In this document: in pieces, positions 53,601 to 64,000 of the stretch
Position numbering within the stretch: position 1 is the stretch's first letter
Layout of the letters: every line of letters starts with the position of its first letter
NCBI GenBank assembly: GCA_000708835.1
Contig: DF237140.1
Span: forward strand, 62,001 to 126,000
Source of the DNA: Klebsormidium nitens
Lineage: Eukaryota; Plantae; Klebsormidiophyceae
Length of the DNA stretch: 64,000 nucleotides
Reading direction: 5' to 3'
The notes under the pieces: generated by a model
Told to the model about the DNA's origin: nothing
Seen by the model: the letters and a program-made list of their open reading frames with translations, nothing else
The model's database searches: none
Position numbers and translations under genes: made by a program

Positions 53601-56436
53601 TCCGGTGATTCTGCATCACACTAGTTGCAGTCCGTTTGAGTTGTCGGTGGCAGGAAAGCCAAGGGGGCAGGATGATGGGCGTCGAGGAAGGGGAAAGCGA
53701 CGAGTGGACTGTTTAATACAGCCTGGTAATTATGCTTACGACAAGCAAGGGAGCTTCGTCACATCCCACTCGCTCCCAGCCGACTTTATTGTGCAAGCTA
53801 TTGATGCCGATTTTGCAGAAGCAAATTTGATCGCGAAGCGTGATAAAATGAAGTCACATCTCGGGCTTTCGACCTAGAGTGTACCAGGCTATGGCCTCGA
53901 ATCTCCTGGTTGAAGTCGCGATTTGGCTCCTCTGTGCAGGTGACGCTTCTCGATAGCAAAGACTTCCCGATCCTCAAGAACCTGACCCTAGGGGCCGTCA
54001 AGACTAGCCTCAAGCCGGTAAGATCCTGTCATTTCCTGCTTCAGCGCTTCTATCATGCTTGCAGACGCGTTTGAGGATGTTTTTGTAGCTTTTATCCGTT
54101 TCCGTGAGATTCAGAGTTTCTTCATACGGAACTAGAGCACCGATCCTAGCTGCTCTCTGACTCCTGAGATCGGACTTCAAGTGATCTCCGCCTGTTCTTG
54201 CAACAGCACGTTCATGAATTGAGAGTCAGATATTCTTATTTGTCCAGGGCGCCATGGTGCTGCCACATTACGACCCCACATCGTCACTCCTTGGCTTCAT
54301 CACCGCCGGACGTGCCAGGATCCAGGTGGGTGCTTAATCACACGGCTGCACCGTATAAGCGACATTCTACGTTTCGCTAGCCTTCTTCGAGCTCGAACCT
54401 AAAGATGAATAGAAACACAAGTGGGCTTGACATGAACGTGGATCTGACAACAGGAAACGGCTGTCCCAACTTGCTGGCTCCATAGAATATATGATTTTCT
54501 TTGGCTTTTGGAGATTGTTTTTGATCCGTCTGTGATTTAGATAGGGCCCAACCAGTTACATGGCGGGCTCATGAGGAGATAATCAAATCTCTCACTTGAC
54601 ATGTCAGATCAGCAAACGGCGGCTGCCATCTAACGACGGTGATCTCTTGACTGGTTCAATATTGCGTGTGGCTATCATGCTTTGGAATTGAAAACTTTCG
54701 TCCGCCAGATTTGGGCTCCGATTTTTCTTCATTGGCCCTCCAATTTCTTCTAACGTGTTCTCCTGCAGTAAAGCTGGTTTCGTTAAACATCCCGTCCTCA
54801 GTGTGTTAGCATGATTGACCGAACATACAGTCTTCTGCGGATGGTGTGAACGGCACAGCTCGTCCACGGTTGACGTCACGCACTGACGCGGCTTTCCCGG
54901 TCTTTTTCTGCAGGTGGCCCAGCCGGACGGCTCGACCGGAACTGACGAGGAGCTGGGCCCGGGAGAGGTCTTCGTGGTGCCGCGCTTCTTCCCGCTCGTG
55001 CAGAAGGTGAGCCCCTTTTGTATCTTGACGGCAAACCATCTTTTGCTAGTAACACTTTTCATAGAGAAATCTATTTCGATTCAGTGTCTTCTGGTGGCCT
55101 TGCTGTGGTATGAGTTTTGAGTCGCAGAATCTGTTCATTTGGTCGCCCACTGCCTTTGACTTCCACGTGTCGTCTTAAGGAGCTCACTGCGAAATCTCGG
55201 TCGACTCGTGCCTCTCAGAACCTTGCGCAAATTGCGGTGTATCTGCTGACCTCATCGCAGATGCTGCAATTGACACCTGGGCGACTCGTTTGATGGTCAC
55301 TTGACGCGGGCACTCCAAATGCGCTGGCTGATTTAGGAGCGGAGTTTCTGGCGTGAGAACTTCAAATCAGTTGAACATTTTGGTGACGTTGTGAGCCTTC
55401 GACGCATTTGCCTGCGTGAAGAAAGCTCCGAAATATCTTCTGCTAAAAGTCAGCCAGGATAGCGGAAAACTCCGTCGATGTCGCCAGGTTTGCAGAGCGT
55501 GCACGTGGGCGTAGTTGATTCGCTTCACATCGAACCCCAGCTTTCTCGAGTATGAGATCCTTCTTCCCACAAACTGGGCACCACCTATTCTGCTCACGTC
55601 ATCTTATTTATACAGCACAGGCCGGCTCTGACGTCACCTTGCCGCGTGTGCAGAGTGTAGGCGACCACAACCTGGCGTGGTTCTTCTTCAGAACGACCGC
55701 CTACTCGAGGATGAAGACAGTTTTTCTAATCTGCTTACGTTAGCTTTTCGACATGAAAGCTCCTTCTGACGTCACTCTGCCACGTGTGAAGAGCGTGGGA
55801 GACCACAATCTGGAGTAGATTGGCTTCACCACGACCGCCTGCTCCAGGATGAAAACCATTGTCCAACGGAACCACGTATCCTGCTGACGTCACGTACAGT
55901 TTCAGCTCAAGTTCTGACGTCATCTTGCCACTTGCGCAGAGCGCGTGCGACCACAACCTGGAGTGGATAATTGGCTTCGCTACCTGCGGCCGCCTGATTG
56001 AGGATCGCAACCGTCACTTGCTTCTTTGTTTCCTGACGTCAGCCGATGTTTCTAGCTTGTTTCTGACGTCATCTTGCCACGTGTGCAGAGCGTGGGCGAC
56101 CACAACCTGGAGTGGATCGGTTTCACCACGACCGCCTGCTCCAGGATGAAGACCGTCTTCCTGGCGGGGAAGAAGTCCGTCTACAAGTCGGTCCCGAACA
56201 CGATTCTCGCCGCCGCGACCGATTTGGATAAGACCAAGATCAAGCAATGGCTGGAGAATCAGCCGGAAGAGTGCATCGCCCAGAGGGAGAAAAGTGACGG
56301 AGAGGAGTTAGGGGAAGTGGAGATCGTGATTGAAGAGATTGTCGATGGACTGGGGAGGGTGAAGGGGGCAGTCATCGAGATCCTAGAGGAGGTTTACTCG
56401 GGAGGGGCTGAGAGTGAGGAATCTCAGGAGGTTTGA
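50649..56436 (+). CDS. Vicilin/7S-globulin-like bicupin A with signal peptide; exons 50649-50760, 51238-51414, 51849-52039, 52731-52864, 53451-53594, 53940-54017, 54248-54325, 54914-55006, 56089-56436; apparent 1-nt frame break at the exon 4/5 junction (possible pseudogene or sequence error)
   Basis: Same nine-exon structure as cupin B; MEPSTLRPPHF, GDVIALPAG, ILHGFTKDVLAEAFN, YNIDKADPDY, GAMVLPHY, GEVFVVPRFFP, FLAGKKSVY. The exons sum to 1355 nt, one short of a multiple of 3. Confidence 0.87.
55625..56088 (+). repeat. Three ~145-bp copies of the acceptor and start of the last exon of cupin A, in intron 8
   Basis: CTGACGTCA.CTTGCC.CGTGTGCAGAG.GT.GGCGACCACAACCTGG units near 55628, 55767 and 55915; true copy near 56063. 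Confidence 0.9.
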
Positions 56437-59400
56437 TAAGCGGGGCTAGAAGTGAGGACGTGCAACGGGATTCATTGGGAGTAAGGGATGAAGTCAGATT
56501 GTCCGAGATTAGCTTCTCAAAAGAACGCCTTCCGAAAGTGGATTGCGCAAGAAAGATAGCAAGAGGCCACGGGATTGGTACAGGCTACACGCATGTATAT
56601 GGGGTGTGTAAAAGCGATGAAGATAGAGGGGTACGATCATGCGGAGGCCCTTTAGACGCTCGAGTATTCAAAATCTGGGCCTTGTAAAACAATGATGTAC
56701 ATACGAAAAGCAAAGTACACGTTAGGCTGAAAACGGTAGTACCCCTTGACAGAGAATTTGACTTCTTGTACGCGTAGATGCCATGTAAATACAGAGTGGC
56801 GTTTTTTGAACACCTGTGGCCATGAACGCAGTTCATCATTTGATTGGGCTCTTATGAATTCCATGGACCTTTTCGGAAAGATGCATGCTTCGGTGTAAGA
56901 TTGGTTCGTTTCTGAGGAGGGACAAGCGCATAGTAGTCGGAGTGCCGGAATCTGTATTTAATACAATAATCCCGCTTACGAGTTTTTGCCTTTATCATGC
57001 ATTGAGCCAACCCTCAAAATTAAAAGTCAAATTACCGCACGCTATCATGAGATCCAAAACGCCAGGGCCGCTTTTCTTCGTTACTAGGTGATGCATGCTG
57101 GATTCGATGACGTTACTGTACGTATGTCTTAGCGTGCTGATAACAAGCACTGCCGCGAATAACGCACGCCTCAAAGATATGTGTCGAGGGACGGAAACAT
57201 GCTTCAGATTAGAGTAGGGAAACAAATAGTCGCCCGACAAAAGGTAGTGATGCCCATTCCAGATTCTGCAAATTAATTCTTTCGCCTTTCTTGTTCTGCG
57301 GTTCGACGTACATGAGGGCCGTTTAATCATGACTACGCGCTTCTAACTTCCTATGTAGTCAAAATGGCCGACCCTCGCGAAATAGTAAGTCTTACTCAAG
57401 CGAAAAGCACAACGTCAACTGCAGATTGTTATGGTCTTATCTATCTTATGAATTTTGTGATTACCCAATGCGCATACTCGCCCACCAACTAGTAAGCAGG
57501 ATCAAGGGCTTCGAAAAATTTGTACCATCCAGCAAAGCCTCAATATTTACAATTTGGCTCTTTTGATACTACAATTGCAGTTGTAACTCATTCATTCACT
57601 CGTACTTCTAATATAAGGACCGTAGCGTGCGCCATGGGCCCGAAGGGGTGTCAACACAGGATTTATCGAGTTATGTCACTTCCGCCGTTCCGCCGTTCCG
57701 CTGTTCCGCTGCTCCGCCATTCCGCATATTGTTTGCCCCCCCGTCACGTCCCCTGCCCTTTGATTCCTTCTCTGGTCTCCTCTCAAGTTCCTGCACAAAG
57801 AAAGAACATGAAATTGCTAAGCACTGAAACTTAGCCATCCCCCGTGGATACACCAAGCGGCACATAAGCTCCGTCGAACACAGAACCAGAGCGCTTGTGC
57901 GACGGACAGAAAGCCTCTGAGGCATACGGGAAGCTAAGACCGCACAGCGCGTTGGATTCGGGACTGGAGCGCCGGCACGACGAAGTGCGTCGAAATTGCT
58001 CATTCGGTAGCTGAACGAGCTTTACCCCAAAGGGCCTAAGCGAGGGTTTCATTGGAAATGTAATTCTTTGGCTTTCAGACGTCGGCTTTGTCGTTCCCAG
58101 CGTCACTAACTACATGCGCATTCAATCACGGCCAAAACTCTACGTGAACGGAGAAACTATCCTCGCCCTAGCGAGACATGGGCGCTTTGGCAAAAACGTG
58201 CAGACATTTTTGTCGACCTGCTTGCAGAAAGTGCTTTTCGAGAAACGAATCGTGAAGCTTTCTGCGTCAAGCGCTTGTTTTAAGCAGCACCAATAATGTC
58301 AACAGCCCACCAGACTGCCGAATCGAGCGGGAGGCAAAGGAGGACAGCACAGGGACGTACTGAGTCCCTGATATTGACCGTCAAATTTTCTAGACGCATT
58401 TCCATCAATAGCTTGCTGTACTGGCGTCATAACCGCTTTCAAACAGTCAGACCTTGCGGCGCTAGACCGCAGCTGACAGCCGATGTGGATGTACGTATCC
58501 TGGCCGTTCACGGCAACTGAATGGAAAAGATACACAGGTTACGTTTCTAGGGTTTTGCCTGCTCCGTGCGGGCCGAAGCATACGTATTGCGCCACTTCGA
58601 CACCGCATCAAGTGGACTAGACAGACGGAAAATTTATAAAGGCATCCCGATTGGTCCAGCAAAGGGTACAAGAATGAACTTACAGTCCAGAGAAAAGTCG
58701 TCCTTGCCTAACCCGTTCTTTCAGAAAATTGATCTGGAGGTTCCGCATCAGAGGGACGAGGAAGCTCAGTGACATGTCGCTTGCCGCATGCTTATGAACG
58801 AACATCAGAGCCATAAAACCGTCCGTAAGCGAGGGGGTGGCACAGATCAAAGCGTCAGGCAAAGAGAGCCGGTTCTGCAGTAGATGGAAGCGCAAGAAGA
58901 AGCGTCAAAAGTAGCTGAAAAGGCGTCGGTCTCAACGGAATCTTCGACTTCGTGACCGAGCCGAACGGGACCGAACGGAAGCACCGTTTCTCGTGGACCT
59001 GTGTGTTATTAAATCGATTGGAGCTCGAAATAGTCGGCCACGCTTGATCCGCAGGCGATTATGTTCCGTTCCGCTTCGGCTCCGAAAACCACGGCGCCCT
59101 GTGCGCGCGCTAGAAGAGTGCGCCTGAGGAGGTGCTGAAAGGCGCTCGGAAGCAGGTGCACTGCCGCCTCGCGGAAACGGTGTCACGATGGACAAATATT
59201 CAACCTCGTTGACTGACGTCGGAGAGGAACATTTGTTTGGTTTCGGTGTGAACTTGAAGTTTGTGACTGAACGGTGAAACGGAAATAGAATAAACCAAGA
59301 TATCAGAGGGATTCACAAGTGACTCAGACCCTTCTTGGACAACTTGCCAAGAAATTGCGTTGATCTGAACACTTTCGACAGCATCTGGAAAACGTCTAGC

Positions 59401-62400
59401 CATCCTCAACCTTTGCTCAAACAGGATTTGATGCCTGATCGGAACCATCGGAAACAATGGCAGAAAGGATCTTGTTTCTGTAAAATGCTTTGTCATTATA
59501 TGACTGTCCATGTCTTACAGACTTCCTGAGTCTCATCCCTGGTGCCACTGATATTGAGAGAAATATCTCAGGACTGGGCTGGAAGCGTCATCGATATCAA
59601 CCCAAAATCTAATGCGTGCCGTACTACATATATGGCCGTATAGTAATTTTGTTGCGCCAGAGTCATCACGTCGCTAAGGAGCAGTTGGGCCAGCGCAACC
59701 TAGACGTAGCTTGCTGAAAAGATTTTGACGCGCAGTGTATGGAACAGTAGAATCATTCAAGCAACCCTTCAAAGTCTCTCTGACCTCGGCTCTTTCCTGG
59801 CCGCGGCTTCGGCTCATGACGCAAACAGTTGCTCTCTGACAACTTTGCCAACTCTAGCTTGCACGGAATGTTAGCCATCTGATTCTTGAATAAAGGGGCC
59901 GCTAGGGGTTGTGCCGCGCGTGACGAGATATGAGACGGTCAACAGAAAGACAAGGGAATGGCCGTTCGGCCGCGAAGCCCGAGGCTGTACGTACGCGAGG
60001 TCGCCGATCCTCTGCAGCGCCGCAACAGAAACGCGGACCACATATATTGTACGAGGACAGGCTTAAGCTTTGAGGAGTGGGAAGCTTTTAAAAGACCCTC
60101 TACGTCATCTCCGCAGCCACTGAGAAGTTAAAGAAGTAGCGCCCAAGGAGGGCCGAGCGCAGGGATACCCAATTGATGGCGTCAGAAATGCTATTCATTC
60201 GAGATTGCCACGATGCCATGCGAGATGCAGATGGTCATTGCCACTTTCCAATGGTACGATGATCACTATAATAGTTGGCAGGTAGAGGCTGACATGTAAC
60301 GTTGATCAACAATCAGGGACGCCATTCCTTGCTTGCGCGCGCGTCGCGTGCCGTCGCGGGGTGGGAAACAAGGTACGACGAAGCCGCGAAGCAAAGAGCC
60401 TGAAAATACATTCTGACAAGTTTTCTAATAGATGTCTCCGGATGTATTGATCGAAGTCAGCGGTAAGTTACCGGAGAAGACTCAGAAGCTAACATGGGTC
60501 TTGGGCTTCCGTTCTTTCGCGAATGTTTCTCGGCAGAGTTAACAGCAGCCGCAGGACGCTCAGGCTGCCTTCATCGCCTTCGCCAAATGTTGACGGAGCT
60601 TGCCATTCGTCGTCACAAGAACCATATTATGGCCCAGCGGGGGGACATTCAATAGCTGGCGTCACGTTCTAATGCTTTGAGCGAGCGTCATGGGCTGGCA
60701 TCCCAGGTGCAAACAATCCATTCGACGAAAGTTTGCTCACCAAACTATTGGCGGGTGGGGGGCTAGGCTGACACAGGAATTTCTGGGGCGCTCAGTGAAA
60801 GAAAAGCTGATTACGTGCGCGGCGCACGGAGGAATGCCCAGTAACTGGCGTATGAGGGATGGTGGGATGGAATTCCAGCTGCAAACGATCCTTGCCACTT
60901 TCGACCACACTCTACTGACTGCACTAATTGGCGGGTGCAGGCTGACACAAAGTTTTAGGGCCGCCCATTGAGAGAAAAGGGCATGCCAGTTCGCCGTGAC
61001 GCACGCGTGAAGATTCAAGGCCCAAATATGAAGGGCCCACGGAGCGAAGGCGCGGAGTCGTATTCACGCAAGGTGATCCAAGGTGTTCCTGTGACGACTT
61101 CTTCTCATTGCAGGGACGCGAGCGAACAACATGCAGATCAGCAACAGCTACAGACTTTGTCAACGCCCACCTTGAATAGCTTGGAGTCTACTTCAGTAGC
61201 AGGGAAAATGTTTACGTTGCCCAAAAAGCTTGTGATTTTGTTGCATTCAAGACCTGCCACATGTGTCTTGTGCGCGAACAACGCGTCGACTTTGTCGGCT
61301 TCGGCTAAGAACAAGAATCTGCTTGCCGCCTACGTGCTCTTACATGCCAAGGCTTCACAACCTTTTCACTGAAGCTTCTCGGAAAAATGGGCTTTTCTCC
61401 GATGCAAAACAAATATTGATCCTCGCCTGATGTGGGCTTATTGCCTGCGTACGCTTATATGGATGAGGCGGGAACGGTAAGAACTTGTTCTCCGCTTGCT
61501 TTCATTTGTCCCAATATCCGGAATATCTCAGATTTGATCCAAATATCGCTTTTGGCGCGCTTGCAGTGAGTCGAACATCAACTAGAGCACGTCGCAACAC
61601 TTTCTCAGTAGATCCGTCCAACAAGTAGGAGTCCTTCCCCCGTCCTACCGGTACTGATTCAAGTGAAACGCTTGAGACCACGCCAGTTTTACATTGCTTT
61701 GAGGCGGCTGTTTCCAAATGCGGTCTGTCTGGCTGTGAATTGACCATCTTCCGCTTTCCGCGGGATATTCAGCGTAGGAGATCACGCAGAACTCGCGACT
61801 AGTGGAAACAAAGAAGAGAGGTATGATTCGTGCACGCGTTCGACTGTACGGGCGGAAGCGCGGCGGCACTCCGCTCCCTCTGAGCACTCGAAGACGTCCG
61901 ACTTATTGAAGTCAGTTGACCGTTTCGAAATGACTTCAGAGTGTAGTGATCATGGAGGGCTTCAAGATCGCCAAGCTTATCGGGACGCTAGGACTTGCAC
62001 CGCGTGTCGTATACTAGACTAGTGATCTGTTAAACATGTTGTGTTGTCCTGATTAGTTTTGACGCATTTCAAGCGGGTGTCCTGTAGCGGCATCATGAAC
62101 GCTTGAAAGCTTAGAACGCCGCTTGCCGCGCTAGAGCGCAGCTCAAAGCGCCTGAACCTATATGCATTCTTGCCGTTCACAGCGTCTTAAAGAGAGCAGA
62201 TTTGAAGTAGCTTTCTAAGGGGCTAGAAAGACGGACTGATCACAGAGGCATCGGGATTGCTTCGACAGCGGATTCATATGGACTTGTTTGCCAGAGGCTG
62301 ATTATCCTTGCCCCTATCGACGGCTTTGCAGAATTTCTACGTGGATTTTGAATCAGAGAAACTCGCAAGCTTCTAAATGCTGCGGAGGGCACGCTCACTA

Positions 62401-63104
62401 AGGAAAAACCTGGATCGCCCAGAAGCGAGGGAGGGTACAAATGAAAGGTCGAGCGGAGAAAAGCCGGAATCTTTAGAGCGACAGAAGCGCAAAGGAAGAC
62501 ATTGTAAAGAGACCGGTACCGCGTTGACTCTCCAAGGACCCTTTGACGTCGGGTCTGAGCCGAATCGGAGCTGACCAGAAGCAACACCCTCTCCGAATAC
62601 TGTCAGTCCGTCGTACGGATGAGACGCCGAAAGAATCAACGACCTTAACGGTCTTTTGTTTGCAAGGCTTCTCAGTCGTTCGGCTTTTGACTCAATGCTC
62701 CCGACTCGGACGCAAAGTCATGCCCGAGCAACTTAAGTCTGGACATGATGTTTGAATTTGTCCGAATTTTTCCGGACCAGTTTAATTCAGTCGTTTTCGG
62801 CTACGTTAAAAGAGTATTTTGAGCAATCGCGTCTAAACCAGTCAACTCTCAGATTGAGCTCCATCTTACCGTAGGACAGACTTCAGATCAAGCTTAGCCA
62901 CAAGCGGGTGAATGACGCAAGGGATCCGCGACCGTGAAGCGGTTTACCTCTAAGTGGGCGTAGCAGCGCGCTTGCAATGTCGATTGGAAGGCTAGATTTG
63001 TTGCTATACAAGACGATTAGTGCCGTCCCGGACTTTGATTGGATGAAAGAGCGACGTCGGTGATGCCGTCCGTCAGGTCCTGAATGTGAAGGACGGCATC
63101 AGAT

Positions 63105-63136
63105 AGATACGCCCACTTTAAGATACGCCCACTTTA
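63105..63136 (+). repeat. Perfect 16-bp tandem duplication (AGATACGCCCACTTTA x2) next to an 11-bp inverted repeat (63061-63071 / 63091-63101)
   Basis: Read directly from the sequence. Confidence 0.85.
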
Positions 63137-64000
63137 AGGTGCGGTACTTCAGCAGCCTCTTCCGCTTTTTTAGCCCCTCCCGCGCGCTCTGCATCTAGTG
63201 CGCGCGCGGGGCGCCTGCGGACCCAAGTGGAGAGCAACAAGAGCTTATCGCCGGAAGAGCGGCGGCGGCGAATAGGAGCTAGGCCCCGATCATAAAGAAC
63301 AGGAAGCACCGGCCCATGCGCAGCGGTGCGAGACTGGAACTCAAGAATAGGGACGTGCCAAGCTATAAATCCTAAACAGCCAGGACTTCGAAGGCCATTT
63401 GGTGGATTTTGTTGCGCCAGAGCATTTTCTGGCTAGAACCCAGGTATTGTAGCAGAGTTTAGGTGTTGCTTTAAGTCAGTCACAAATAGGTGCTTACCAT
63501 TATCTGAAGGATACGTAGGTCCAAAAAACAAGCTTAATTAGATTTCGTAATCACCACGTCGATCTCTTTCCTGGCGGCGTCAGGTCAACCCCGCAACGAA
63601 GTCTGACTGATCATGCCAGTTGCGTGCATAATTCATAGCCTATGAGTCCCCTAATACTGGTGGCGCGCGCACGAACGAGCTAGCGTACGACCGAGTAAGA
63701 CATTCTCAACACAGCGCATCAAAGCACCACAAACCCTTCCCGAAAGAACGAAGCGAGTACAGAGGGCATTCGATAGGCCGAGCGGCGATGGGAACGGCAC
63801 GGCAAAACAAAGGGCATTTGGAGAAGGCTGCAAAGCACGCGCTGCTAGTTTCCATCTGGACCGGGCGGTACGACCTTTGCAGCGGCACAAATTGCCTTCT
63901 CTGAAGCCAAAGAAATATCTAACTAGAAGACCGCACTTTACATCATTGTATGAAAACAGGACCTACTTGAGCTTCGAGGAGTTATCAAAAACTCTTTTGA

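Noticed and set aside
63061-63136. Hairpin plus tandem duplication as a Helitron 3' end or MITE
   Set aside because: No CTRR terminus at the expected distance, and no matching 5' end or TSD was found.

Overview
Eukaryotic, intron-rich genomic DNA. It most likely comes from a streptophyte green alga of the Klebsormidium type; this is an inference from land-plant-like proteins, 57 mostly GT-AG introns and an interstitial TTTTAGGG-type telomere array. I reconstructed nine multi-exon genes by hand with exon phases checked: a group-A MAPKK (+), a type-I membrane protein with three EGF repeats (-), a secreted His-bearing beta-propeller (+), a clan-72 cytochrome P450 (-), a GT90/Rumi-like glycosyltransferase (-), a DedA/VTT membrane protein (+), a FAX4-like plastid fatty-acid exporter (-), and a head-to-head pair of vicilin-like bicupins (-/+). 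No gene could be identified in 56.5-64 kb. Main signals: (1) 12 GTAC cores, the CRR1/SPL7 copper-response core, in about 400 bp upstream of the secreted beta-propeller, suggesting an uncharacterised copper-responsive extracellular metal-binding system; (2) tandem 'echo' duplications of splice junctions in about 16 of 57 introns, creating arrays of decoy splice sites; (3) a seed-maturation-like locus with two divergent 7S-globulin-like genes, an ABRE/RY/CE3 motif cluster between them and a FAX4-like neighbour; (4) an apparent 1-nt frameshift in one cupin and an inverted repeat bracketing exons 4-7 of the other; (5) a 74-bp-arm intronic hairpin in the P450. All coordinates and counts were read by eye, no database searches were run, and small offsets are possible.
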